Of a stretch of 64,000 nt of DNA, positions 30,401 to 45,150 are shown piece by piece. This DNA comes from Eledone cirrhosa (Eukaryota), in contig OZ024740.1 in assembly GCA_964016885.1 (NCBI GenBank), positions 28,210,001 to 28,274,000 on the forward strand, in the 5' to 3' direction. The position numbers and the translations under genes are program-made. The first letter of the stretch is position 1, and each line of letters opens with the position of its first letter. The notes beneath the pieces were generated by a model, which was not told the DNA's origin, did no database searches, and saw only the letters and a list, made by a program, of their open reading frames with translations.

Positions 30401-33400
30401 CCCTGAGTATATGTGATTTTCCTGAGTATATGTGATTTTCATGACTATATGTGATTTTCCTGAGTATATGTGATTTTCATGACTATGTGATTTTCTTGAC
30501 AATATGTGATTTTCCTGAGTATATGTGATTTTCCTGAGTATATGTGATTTTCCTGAGTATATGTGATTTTCTTGAGTATATGTGATTTTCCTGAGTATAT
30601 GTGATTTCCCTGAGTATATGTGATTTTCCTGACTATTTGTGATTTTCCTGACTATGTGATTTTCTTGACTATATGTGATTTTCCTGAGTATATGTGATTT
30701 TGCTGACTATATGTGATTTTCCTGAGTATATAAAATTTCCCTGAGTATATGTGATTTTCCTGAGTATATGTGATTTTCCTGACTATATGTGCTTTTCCTG
30801 AGTATATGTGATTTCCCTGACTATATGTGATTTCCCGGAGTATATGTGATTTTCATGAGTATATGTGATTTTCCTGAGTATATGTGATCTTCCTGAGTAT
30901 ATGTGATTTTCCCGAGTATATGTGATTTTCCTGAGTATATGTGATCTTCCTGAGTATATGTGATTTTCCTGAGTATATGTGATTTCCCTGAGTATATGTG
31001 ATTTTCCTGAGTATATGTGATTTTCCTGACTATATGTGATTTTTCTGACAATATGTGATTTTCCTGAGTATGTGTGATTTCCCTGAGTATATGTGATTTT
31101 CATGAGTATATGTGATATTCCTGAGTATATGTGATTTTCCTGACTATATGTGATTTTCCTGAGTATATGTGATCTTCCTGAGTATATGCGATTTTCCTGA
31201 GTATATGTGATTTTCATGAGAATATGTGATTTATTTGAGTATATGTGATTTCCCTGACTATATGTGATTTTCCTGAGTATATGTGATTTCCCTGAGTATA
31301 TGTGACATTCCTGAGTATATGTTATTTTCCTGAGTATTTGATTTTCCTGACTATATGTGATTTTCATGAGTATATGTGATCTTCCTGAGTATATGTGATT
31401 TTCCTGAGTATATGCGATTTTCCTGAGTATATGTGATTTTCCTGAGTATATGTGATTTTCCTGAGTATATGTGATTTTCCTGAGTATATGCGATTTTCTT
31501 GAGTATATGTGATTTTCCTGAGTATATGTGATTTATTTAAGTATATGTGATTTCCCTGACTATATGTGATTTTCCTGAGTATATGTGATTTCCCTGAGTA
31601 TATGTGATTTTCCTGAGTATATGTTATTATCCTGAGTATTTGATTTTCCTGACTATTTGTTATTTTCCTGACTATATGTGATTTTCCTGAGTATATGTGA
31701 TCTTCCTGAGTATATGTGATTTTCCTGAGTATATGCGATTTTCCTGAGTATATGTGATTTTCCTGACTATATGTGATTTTCCTGAGTATATGTGATTTTC
31801 CTGAGTATATGTGATTTTGCTGACTATATGTGATTTTCCTCAGTATATGTGATTTCCCTGAGTATATGTGATTTTCCTGAGTATATGTGATTTTCCTGAC
31901 TATATGTGATTTTCCTGAGTATATGTGATTTTCCTGACTATATGTGATTTTCCTGAGTATATGTGATTTTCCTGACTATATGTGATTTTCCTGACAATAT
32001 GTGATTTTCCTGAGTATGTGTGATTTCCCTGAGTATATGTGATTTTCATGAGTATATGTGATATTCCTGAGTATATGTGATTTTCCTGACTATATGTAAT
32101 TTTCCTGAGTATATGTGATCTTCCTGAGTATATGTGATTTTCCTGAGTATATGCGATTTTCCTGGGTATATGTGATTTTCCTGAGTATATGAAATTTCCC
32201 TGAGTATATGTGATTTTCCTGACTATTTGTGATTTTCCTGACTATGTGATTTTCTTGACTATATGTGATTTTCATGATTATATGTGATCTTCCTGAGTAT
32301 ATGTGATTTTCCTGAGTATATGTGATTTCCCTGAGTATATGTGATTTTCCTGAGTATATGTGATTTTCATGACTATATGTGATTTTCATGAGTATATGTG
32401 ATTTTCATGATTATGTGATTTTCCTGACAATATGTGATTTTCCTGAGTATATGTGATTTTCCTGAGTATATGTGATTTTCCTGAGTATATGTGATTTTCC
32501 TGAGTATATATGATTTTCCTGAGTATATGTGATTTTCCTGAGTATATGTGATTTCCCTGAATATATGTGATGTTCCTGAGTATATGTGATTTTCCTGACT
32601 ATATGTGATTTTCCTAAGTATATGTGATCTTCCTGAGTATATGTGATTTTCCTGAGTATATGCGATTTTCCTGGGTATATGTGATTTTCCTGAGTATATG
32701 AAATTTCCCTGAGTATATGTGATTTTCCTGACTATTTGTGATTTTCCTGACTATGTGATTTTCTTGACTATATGTGATTTTCATGATTATATGTGATCTT
32801 CCTGAGTATATGTGATTTTCCTGAGTATATGTGATTTCCCTGAGTATATGTGATTTTCCTGAGTATATGTGATTTTCATGACTATATGTGATTTTCCTGA
32901 GTATATGTGATTTTCATGATTATGTGATTTTCCTGACAATATGTGATTTTCCTGAGTATATGTGATTTTCCTGAGTATATGTGATTTTCCTGAGTATATG
33001 TGATTTTCTTGAGTATATGTGATTTTCCTGAGTATATGTGATTTCCCTGAGTATATGTGATTTTCCTGACTATTTGTGATTTTCCTGACTATGTGATTTT
33101 CTTGACTATATGTGATTTTCCTGAGTATATGTGATTTTGCTGACTATATGTGATTTTCCTGAGTATATAAAATTTCCCTGAGTATATGTGATTTTCCTGA
33201 GTATATGTGATTTTCCTGACTATATGTGCTTTTCCTGAGTATATGTGATTTCCCTGAGTATATGTGATTTCCCGGAGTATATGTGATTTTCATGAGTATA
33301 TGTGATTTTCCTGAGTATATGTGATCTTCCTGAGTATATGTGATTTTCCTGAGTATATGTGATTTTCCTGAGTATATGTGATCTTCCTGAGTATATCTGA

Positions 33401-33600
33401 TTTTCCTGAGTATATGTGATTTCCCTGAGTATATGTGATTTTCCTGAGTATATGTGATTTTCCTGACTTTATGTGATTTTCCTGAGTATATGTGATTTTC
33501 ATGACTATATGTGATTTTCCTGAGTACATGTGATTTTCCTGACTATATGTGATTTTCCTGACAATATGTGATTTTCCTGAGTATGTGTGATTTTCATGAG
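12450..33600. repeat. Central HOR domain with variable 4.0-5.0 kb period plus a 1647-bp internal duplication
   Basis: Homologous ORF offsets: 13809>18816 (5007), 15000>19365 (4365), 18816>23162 (4346), 19365>24353 (4988), 21135>25916 (4781), 23162>27206 (4044), 27206>28853 (1647). Domain-restricted markers are TTTTGCTAACT (about 13.3-28.3 kb) and TATCTAATTT (about 12.9-30.3 kb). Confidence 0.88.
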
Positions 33601-36600
33601 TATATGTGATTTTCATGAGTATACGTGATTTTCCTGAGTATATGTGATTTCTCTGACTATATGTGATGTTCCTGAGTATATGTGATCTTCCTGAGTATAT
33701 GTGATTTTCCTGAGTATAGGCGATTTTCCTGAGTATATGTGATTTTTCTGACTATATGTGATCTTCCTGAGTATATGTGATTTCCCTGAGTATGTGTGAT
33801 TTTCCTGAGTATATATGATTTTCCTGAGTATATGTGATTTTCCTGAGTATATGTGATTTCCCTGAATATATGTGATTTTCCAGAGTATATGTGATTATTC
33901 TGTGTATATATAATTTTCCTGAGTATATGTGACTTTCCTGAGTATATGTGATTTCCCTGAGTATATGTGATTTTCCTCAGTATATGTGATTTTCCTGACA
34001 ATATTTGATTTTCCTGAGTATATGTGATTTTCCTGAGTATATGTGATTTTCCTGAGTATATGTGATTTTCTTGAGTATATGTGATTTTCCTGAGTATATG
34101 TGATTTCCCTGAGTATATGTGATTTTCCTGACTATTTGTGATTTTCCTGACTATGTGATTTTCTTGACTATATGTGATTTTCCTGAGTATATGTGATTTT
34201 CCTGACTATATGTGATTTTCCTTAGTATATAAAATTTCCCTGAGTATATGTGATTTTCCTGAGTATATGTGATTTTCCTGACTATATGTGATTTTCCTGA
34301 GTATATGTGATTTCCCTGACTATATGTGATTTTCCTGAGTATATGTAATTTCCCTGAGTATATGTGATTTTCCTGAGTATATGTGATTTCCCTGACTATA
34401 TGTGATTTTCATGATTATATGTGATCTTCCTGAGTATATGTGATTTCCCTGAGTATATGTGATTTTCCTGAGTATATGTGATTTTCATGAGTATATGTGA
34501 TTTTCCTGAGTATACGTGATTTTCATGACTATGTGATTTTCCTGACAATATGTGATTTTCCTGAGTATATGTGATTTTCCTGAGTATATGTGATTTTCCT
34601 GAGTATATGTGATTTTCTTGAGTATATGTGATTTTCCTGAGTATATGTGATTTCCCTGAGTATATGTGATTTTCCTGACTATTTGTGATTTTCCTGACTA
34701 TATGTGATTTTCCTGAGTATATGTGATCTTCCTGAGTATATGTGATTTTCCTGAGTATGGGCGATTTTCCTGAGTATATGTGATTTTCCTGAGTATATGA
34801 AATTTCCCTGAGTATATGTGATTTTCCTGACTATTTGTGATTTTCCTGACTATGTGATTTTCTTGACTATATGTGATTTTCCTGAGTATATGTGATATTC
34901 CTGACTATATGTGATTTTCCTGAGTATATAAGATTTCCCTGAGTATATGTGATTTTCCTGAGTATATGTGATTTTCCTGACTATATGTGATTTTCCTGAG
35001 TATATGTGATTTCCCTGACTATATGTGATTTTCCTGAGTATATGTAATTTCCCTGAGTATATGTGATTTTCCTGAGTATATGTGATCTCCTGATTATATG
35101 TGATTTTCCTGAGTATATGTGATTTCCCTGACTATATGTGATTTCCCTGAGTATATGTGATTTTCCTGAGTATATGTGATTTTCCTGAGTATATGTGATT
35201 TCCCTGACTATATGTGATTTTCATGATTATATGTGATCTTCCTGAGTATATGTGATTTTCCTGAGTATATGTGATTTCCCTGAGTAGATGTGATTTTCCT
35301 GAGTATATGTGATTTTCATGACTATATGTGATTTTCCTGAGTATATGTGATTTTCATGATTATGTGATTTTCCTGACAATATGTGATTTTCCTGAGTATA
35401 TGTGATTTTCCTGAGTATATGTGATTTTCCTGAGTATATGTGATTTTCTTGAGTATATGTGATTTTCCTGAGTATATGTGATTTCCCTGAGTATATGTGA
35501 TTTTCCTGACTATTTGTGATTTTCCTGACTATGTGATTTTCTTGACTATATGTGATTTCCCTGAGTATATGTGATTTTCCTGAGTATAGGTGATTTTCCT
35601 GACTTTACGTGATTTTCCTGAGTATATGTGATTTTCATGACTATATGTGATTTTCCTGAGTATATGTGATTTTCCTGACTATATGTGATTTTCCTGACAA
35701 TATGTGATTTTCCTGAGTATGTGTGATTTTCATGAGTATATGTGATTTTCATGAGTATACGTGATTTTCCTGAGTATATGTAATTTCTTTGAGTATATGT
35801 GATTTCCCTGACTATATGTGATGTTCCTGAGTATATGTGATCTTCCTGAGTATATGTGATTTTCCTGAGTATAGGCGATTTTCCTGAGTACATGTGATTT
35901 TCCTGACTATATGTGATCTTCCTGAGTATATGTGATTTCCCTGAGTATATGTGATTTCCCTGACTATATGTGATATTCATGATTATATGTGATCTTCCTG
36001 AGTATATGTGATTTTCCTGAGTATATGTGATTTCCCTGAGTATATGTGATTTTCCTGAGTATATGTGATTTTCATGACTATATGTGATTTTCCTGAGTAT
36101 ATGTGATTTTCATGATTATGTGATTTTCCTGACAATATGTGATTTTCCTGAGTATATGTGATTTTCCTGAGAATATGTGATTTTCCTCAGTATATGTGAT
36201 TTTCTTGAGTATATGTGATTTTCCTGAGTATATGTGATTTCCCTGAGTATATGTGATTTTCCTGACTATTTGTGATTTTCCTGACTATGTGATTTTCTTG
36301 ACTATATGTGATTTTCCTGAGTATATGTGATTTTGCTGACTATATGTGATTTTCCTGAGTATATGTGATTTTCCTGACTTTATGTGATTTTCCTGAGTAT
36401 ATGTGATTTTCATGACTATATGTGATTTTCCTGAGTATATGTGATTTTCCTGACTATATGTGATTTTCCTGACAATATGTGATTTTCCTGAGTATGTGTG
36501 ATTTTCATGAGTATATGTGATTTTCATGAGTATACGTGATTTTCCTGAGTATATGTAATTTCTTTGAGTATATGTGATTTCTCTGACTATATGTGATGTT

Positions 36601-39600
36601 CCTGAGTATATGTGATCTTCCTGAGTATATGTGATTTTCCTGAGTATAGGCGATTTTCCTGAGTATATGTGATTTTTCTGACTATATGTGATCTTCCTGA
36701 GTATATGTGATTTCCCTGAGTATATGTGATTTTCCTGAGTATATATGATTTTCCTGAGTATATGTGATTTTCTTGAGTATATGTGATTTCCCTGAATATA
36801 TGTGATTTTCCAGAGTATATGTGATTATTCTGTGTATATATAATTTTCCTGAGTATATGTGACTTTCCTGAGTATATGTGATTTCCCTGAGTATATGTGA
36901 TTTTCCTCAGTATATGTGATTTTCCTGACAATATTTGATTTTCATGAGTATATGTGATTTTCCTGAGTATATGTGATTTTCCTGAGTATATGTGATTTTC
37001 TTGAGTATATGTGATTTTCCTGAGTATATGTGATTTCCCTGAGTATATGTGATTTTCCTGACTATTCGTGATTTTCCTGACTATGTGATTTTCTTGACTA
37101 TATGTGATTTTCCTGAGTATATGTGATTTTCCTGACTATATGTGATTTTCCTGAGTATATAAAATTTCCCTGAGTATATGTGATTTTCCTGAGTATATGT
37201 GATTTTCCTGACTATATGTGATTTTCCTGAGTATATGTGATTTCCCTGACTATATGTGATTTTCCTGAGTATATGTAATTTCCCTGAGTATATGTGATTT
37301 TCCTGAGTATATGTGATTTTCCTGAGTATATGTGATTTTCCTGACTATATGTGATTTTCCTGAGTATATGTGATTTCCCTGACTATATGTGATTTTCCTG
37401 AGTATATGTAATTTCTCTGAGTATATGTGATTTTCCTGAGTATATGTGATCTCCTGACTATATGTGATTTTCCTGAGTATATGTGATTTCCCTGACTATA
37501 TGTGATTTCCCTGAGTATATGTGATTTTCCTGAGTATATGTGATTTTCCTGAGTATATGTGATTTCCCTGACTATATGTGATTTTCATGATTATATGTGA
37601 TCTTCCTGAGTATATGTGATTTTCCTGAGTATATGTGATTTCCCTGAGTATATGTGATTTTCCTGAGTATATGTGATTTTCATGACTATATGTGATTTTC
37701 CTGAGTATATGTGATTTTCATGATTATGAGATTTTCCTGACAATATGTGATTTTCCTGAGTATATGTGATTTTCTTGAGTATATGTGATTTTCCTGAGTA
37801 TATGTGATTTTCTTGAGTATATGTGATTTTCCTGAGTATATGTGATTTCCCTGAGTATATGTGATTTTCCTGACTATTTGTGATTTTCCTGACTATGTGA
37901 TTTTCTTGACTATATGTGATTTTCCTGAGTATATGTGATTTTGCTGACTATATGTGATTTTCCTGAGTATATAAAATTTCCCTGAGTATATGTGATTTTC
38001 CTGAGTATATGTGATTTTCCTGACTATATGTGCTTTTCCTGAGTATATGTGATTTTCCTGACTATTCGTGATTTTCCTGACTATGTGATTTTCTTGACTA
38101 TATGTGATTTTCCTGAGTATATATGATTTTCCTGACTATATGTGATTTTCCTGAGTATATAAAATTTCCCTGAGTATATGTGATTTTCCTGAGTATATGT
38201 GATTTTCCTGACTATATGTGATTTTCCTGAGTATATGTGATTTCCCTGACTATATGTGATTTTCTTGAGTATATGTAATTTCCCTGAGTATATGTGATTT
38301 TCCTGAGTATATGTGATTTCCCTGACTATATGTGATTTTCATGATTATATGTGATCTTCCTGAGTATATGTGATTTTCCTGAGTATATGTGATTTCCCTG
38401 AGTATATGTGATTTTCATGAGTATATGTGATTTTCCTGAGTATACGTGATTTTCATGACTATGTGATTTTCCTGACAATATGTGATTTTCCTGACTATAT
38501 GTGATTTTCCTGAGTATGTGTGATTTTACTGAGTATATGGGATTTTCTTGAGTATATGTGATTCTCCTGAGTATATGTGATTTCCCTGAGTATATGTGAT
38601 TTTCCTGACTATTTGTGATTTTCCTGACTATGTGATTTTCTTGACTATATGATATTTTCCTGAGTATATGTGATTTTCATGAGTATATGTGATATTCCTG
38701 AGTATATGTGATTTTCCTGACTATATGTGATTTTCCTGAGTATATGTGATCTTCCTGAGTATATGTGATTTTCCTGACTATATGTGATTTTCCTGAGTAT
38801 ATAAAATTTCCCTGAGTATATGTGATTTTCCTGAGTATATGTGATTTTCCTGACTATATGTGATTTTCCTGAGTATATGTGATTTCCCTGACTATATGTG
38901 ATTTTCCTGAGTATATGTAATTTCCCTGAGTATATGTGATTTTCCTGAGTATATGTGATTTCCCTGACTATATGTGATTTTCATGATTATATGTGATCTT
39001 CCTGAGTATATGTGATTTCCCTGAGTATATGTGATTTTCCTGAGTATATGTGATTTCCATGAGTATATGTGATTTTCCTGAGTATACGTGATTTTCATGA
39101 CTATGTGATTTTCCTGACAATATGTGATTTTCCTGAGTATATGTGATTTTCCTGTGTATATGTGATTTTCCTGAGTATATGTGATTTTCTTGAGTATATG
39201 TGATTTTCCTGAGTATATGTGATTTCCCTGAGTATATGTGATTTTCCTGACTATTTGTGATTTTCCTGACTATATGTGATTTTCCTGAGTATATGTGATC
39301 TTCCTGAGTATATGTGATTTTCCTGAGTATGGGCGATTTTCCTGAGTATATGTGATTTTCCTGAGTATATGAAATTTCCCTGAGTATATGTGATTTTCCT
39401 GACTATTTGTGATTTTCCTGACTATGTGATTTTCTTGACTATATGTGATTTTCCTGAGTATATGTGATATTCCTGACTATATGTGATTTTCCTGAGTATA
39501 TAAGATTTCCCTGAGTATATGTGATTTTCCTGAGTATATGTGATTTTCCTGACTATATGTGATTTTCCTGAGTATATGTGATTTCCCTGACTATATGTGA

Positions 39601-42600
39601 TTTTCCTGAGTATATGTAATTTCCCTGAGTATATGTGATTTTCCTGAGTATATGTGATCTCCTGATTATATGTGAATTTCCTGAGTATATGTGATTTCCC
39701 TGAGTATATGTGATTTCCCTGAGTAGATGTGATTTTCCTGAGTATATGTGATTTTCATGACTATATGTGATTTTCCTGAGTATATGTGATTTTCATGATT
39801 ATGTGATTTTCCTGACAATATGTGATTTTCCTGAGTATATGTGATTTTCCTGAGTATATGTGATTTTCCTGAGTATATGTGATTTTCTTGAGTATATGTG
39901 ATTTTCCTGAGTATATGTGATTTCCCTGAGTATATGTGATTTTCCTGACTATTTGTGATTTTCCTGACTATGTGATTTTCTTGACTATATGTGATTTTCC
40001 TGAGTATATGTGATTTTGCTGACTATATGTGATTTTCCTGAGTATATAAAATTTCCCTGAGTATATGTGATTTTCCTGAGTATATGTGATTTTCCTGACT
40101 ATATGTGCTTTTCCTGAGTATATGTGATTTCCCTGACTATATGTGATTTCCCGGAGTATATGTGATTTTCATGAGTATATGTGATTTTCCTGAGTATATG
40201 TGATTTTCCTGAGTATATGTGATTTTCCTGAGTATATGTGATCTTCCTGAGTATATGTGATTTTCCTGAGTATATGTGATTTCCCTGAGTATATGTGATT
40301 TTCCTGAGTATAGGTGATTTTCCTGACTTTACGTGATTTTCCTGAGTATATGTGATTTTCATGACTATATGTGATTTTCCTGAGTATATGTGATTTTCCT
40401 GACTATATGTGATTTTCCTGACAATATGTGATTTTCCTGAGTATGTGTGATTTTCATGAGTATATGTGATTTTCATGAGTATACGTGATTTTCCTGAGTA
40501 TATGTAATTTCTTTGAGTATATGTGATTTCCCTGACTATATGTGATGTTCCTGAGTATATGTGATCTTCCTGAGTATATGTGATTTTCCTGAGTATAGGC
40601 GATTTTCCTGAGTACATGTGATTTTCCTGACTATATGTGATCTTCCTGAGTATATGTGATTTCCCTGAGTATATGTGATTTCCCTGACTATATGTGATAT
40701 TCATGATTATATGTGATCTTCCTGAGTATATGTGATTTTCCTGAGTATATGTGATTTCCCTGAGTATGTGATTTTCCTGAGTATATGTGATTTTCATGAC
40801 TATATGTGATTTTCCTGAGTATATGTGATTTTCATGATTATGTGATTTTCCTGACAATATGTGATTTTCCTGAGTATATGTGATTTTCCTGAGAATATGT
40901 GATTTTCCTCAGTATATGTGATTTTCTTGAGTATATGTGATTTTCCTGAGTATATGTGATTTCCCTGAGTATATGTGATTTTCCTGACTATTTGTGATTT
41001 TCCTGACTATGTGATTTTCTTGACTATATGTGATTTTCCTGAGTATATGTGATTTTGCTGACTATATGTGATTTTCCTGAGTATATGTGATTTTCCTGAC
41101 TTTATGTGATTTTCCTGAGTATATGTGATTTTCATGACTATATGTGATTTTCCTGAGTATATGTGATTTTCCTGACTATATGTGATTTTCCTGACAATAT
41201 GTGATTTTCCTGAGTATGTGTGATTTTCATGAGTATATGTGATTTTCATGAGTATACGTGATTTTCCTGAGTATATGTAATTTCTTTGAGTATATGTGAT
41301 TTCTCTGACTATATGTGATGTTCCTGAGTATATGTGATCTTCCTGAGTATATGTGATTTTCCTGAGTATAGGCGATTTTCCTGAGTATATGTGATTTTTC
41401 TGACTATATGTGATCTTCCTGAGTATATGTGATTTCCCTGAGTATATGTGATTTTCCTGAGTATATATGATTTTCCTGAGTATATGTGATTTTCTTGAGT
41501 ATATGTGATTTCCCTGAATATATGTGATTTTCCAGAGTATATGTGATTATTCTGTGTATATATAATTTTCCTGAGTATATGTGACTTTCCTGAGTATATG
41601 TGATTTCCCTGAGTATATGTGATTTTCCTCAGTATATGTGATTTTCCTGACAATATTTGATTTTCCTGAGTATATGTGATTTTTCTGAGTATATGTGATT
41701 TTCCTGAGTATATGTGATTTTCTTGAGTATATGTGATTTTCCTGAGTATATGTGATTTCCCTGAGTATATGTGATTTTCCTGACTATTCGTGATTTTCCT
41801 GACTATGTGATTTTCTTGACTATATGTGATTTTCCTGAGTATATGTGATTTTCCTGACTATATGTGATTTTCCTGAGTATATAAAATTTCCCTGAGTATA
41901 TGTGATTTTCCTGAGTATATGTGATTTTCCTGACTATATGTGATTTTCCTGAGTATATGTGATTTCCCTGACTATATGTGATTTTCCTGAGTATATGTAA
42001 TTTCCCTGAGTATATGTGATTTTCCTGAGTATATGTGATTTTCCTGAGTATATGTGATTTTCCTGACTATATGTGATTTTCCTGAGTATATGTGATTTCC
42101 CTGACTATATGTGATTTTCCTGAGTATATGTAATTTCTCTGAGTATATGTGATTTTCCTGAGTATATGTGATCTCCTGACTATATGTGATTTTCCTGAGT
42201 ATATGTGATTTCCCTGACTATATGTGATTTCCCTGAGTATATGTGATTTTCCTGAGTATATGTGATTTTCCTGAGTATATGTGATTTCCCTGACTATATG
42301 TGATTTTCATGATTATATGTGATCTTCCTGAGTATATGTGATTTTCCTGAGTATATGTGATTTCCCTGAGTATATGTGATTTTCCTGAGTATATGTGATT
42401 TTCATGACTATATGTGATTTTCCTGAGTATATGTGATTTTCATGATTATGTGATTTTCCTGACAATATGTGATTTTCCTGAGTATATGTGATTTTCCTGA
42501 GTATATGTGATTTTCCTGAGTATATGTGATTTTCTTGAGTATATGTGATTTTCCTGAGTATATGTGATTTCCCTGAGTATATGTGATTTTCCTGACTATT

Positions 42601-45150
42601 TGTGATTTTCCTGACTATATGTGATTTTCCTGAGTATATGTGATTTTGCTGACTATATGTGATTTTCCTGAGTATATAAAATTTCCCTGAGTATATGTGA
42701 TTTTCCTGAGTATATGTGATTTTCCTGACTATATGTGCTTTTCCTGAGTATATGTGATTTTCCTGACTATTCGTGATTTTTCTGATTATGTGATTTTCTT
42801 GACTATATGTGATTTTCCTGAGTATATATGATTTTCCTGACTATATGTGATTTTCCTGAGTATATAAAATTTCCCTGAGTATATGTGATTTTCCTGAGTA
42901 TATGTGATTTTCCTGACTATATGTGATTTTCCTGAGTATATGTGATTTCCCTGACTATAGGTGATTTTCCTGAGTATATGTAATTTCCCTGAGAATATGT
43001 GATTTTCCTCAGTATATGTGATTTTCTTGAGTATATGTGATTTTCCTGAGTATATGTGATTTCCCTGAGTATATGTGATTTTCCTGACTATTTGTGATTT
43101 TCCTGACTATGTGATTTTCTTGACTATATGTGATTTTCCTGAGTATATGTGATTTTGCTGACTATATGTGATTTTCCTGAGTATATGTGATTTTCCTGAC
43201 TTTATGTGATTTTCCTGAGTATATGTGATTTTCATGACTATATGTGATTTTCCTGAGTATATGTGATTTTCATGACTATATGTGATTTTCCTGACAATAT
43301 GTGATTTTCCTGAGTATGTGTGATTTTCATGAGTATATGTGATTTTCATGAGTATACGTGATTTTCCTGAGTATATGTAATTTCTTTGAGTATATGTGAT
43401 TTCTCTGACTATATGTGATGTTCCTGAGTATATGTGATCTTCCTGAGTATATGTGATTTTCCTGAGTATAGGCGATTTTCCTGAGTATATGTGATTTTTC
43501 TGACTATATGTGATCTTCCTGAGTATATGTGATTTCCCTGAGTATATGTGATTTTCCTGAGTATATATGATTTTCCTGAGTATATGTGATTTTCTTGAGT
43601 ATATGTGATTTCCCTGAATATATGTGATTTTCCAGAGTATATGTGATTATTCTGTGTATATATAATTTTCCTGAGTATATGTGACTTTCCTGAGTATATG
43701 TGATTTCCCTGAGTATATGTGATTTTCGTCAGTATATGTGATTTTCCTGACAATATTTGATTTTCCTGAGTATATGTGATTTTCCTGAGTATATGTGATT
43801 TTCCTGAGTATATGTGATTTTCTTGAGTATATGTGATTTTCCTGAGTATATGTGATTTCCCTGAGTATATGTGATTTTCCTGACTATTCGTGATTTTCCT
43901 GACTATGTGATTTTCTTGACTATATGTGATTTTCCTGAGTATATGTGATTTTCCTGACTATATGTGATTTTCCTGAGTATATAAAATTTCCCTGAGTATA
44001 TGTGATTTTCCTGAGTATATGTGATTTTCCTGACTATATGTGATTTTCCTGAGTATATGTGATTTCCCTGACTATATGTGATTTTCCTGAGTATATGTAA
44101 TTTCCCTGAGTATATGTGATTTTCCTGAGTATATGTGATTTTCCTGAGTATATGTGATTTTCCTGACTATATGTGATTTTCCTGAGTATATGTGATTTCC
44201 CTGACTATATGTGATTTTCCTGAGTATATGTAATTTCTCTGAGTATATGTGATTTTCCTGAGTATATGTGATCTCCTGACTATATGTGATTTTCCTGAGT
44301 ATATGTGATTTCCCTGACTATATGTGATTTCCCTGAGTATATGTGATTTTCCTGAGTATATGTGATTTTCCTGAGTATATGTGATTTCCCTGACTATATG
44401 TGATTTTCATGATTATATGTGATCTTCCTGAGTATATGTGATTTTCCTGAGTATATGTGATTTCCCTGAGTATATGTGATTTTCCTGAGTATATGTGATT
44501 TTCATGACTATATGTGATTTTCCTGAGTATATGTGATTTTCATGATTATGTGATTTTCCTGACAATATGTGATTTTCCTGAGTATATGTGATTTTCCTGA
44601 GTATATGTGATTTTCCTGAGTATATGTGATTTTCTTGAGTATATGTGATTTTCCTGAGTATATGTGATTTCCCTGAGTATATGTGATTTTCCTGACTATT
44701 TGTGATTTTCCTGACTATATGTGATTTTCCTGAGTATATGTGATTTTGCTGACTATATGTGATTTTCCTGAGTATATAAAATTTCCCTGAGTATATGTGA
44801 TTTTCCTGAGTATATGTGATTTTCCTGACTATATGTGCTTTTCCTGAGTATATGTGATTTTCCTGACTATTCGTGATTTTCCTGACTATGTGATTTTCTT
44901 GACTATATGTGATTTTCCTGAGTATATATGATTTTCCTGACTATATGTGATTTTCCTGAGTATATAAAATTTCCCTGAGTATATGTGATTTTCCTGAGTA
45001 TATGTGATTTTCCTGACTATATGTGATTTTCCTGAGTATATGTGATTTCCCTGACTATATGTGATTTTCCTGAGTATATGTAATTTCCCTGAGTATATGT
45101 GATTTTCCTGAGTATATGTGATTTCCCTGACTATATGTGATTTTCATGAT
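33600..45150. repeat. HOR domain with about 4.6-4.7 kb and 2100-bp periods
   Basis: ORF offsets 36285>41007 and 36587>41309 (4722), and 41007>43107 and 41309>43409 (2100). TATGGGCGAT occurs at about 34756 and 39328. GATTATTCTGTG (QNNH in the ORFs) first appears at about 33.9 kb and GACTATTCGTG at about 37.06 kb. Confidence 0.85.
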
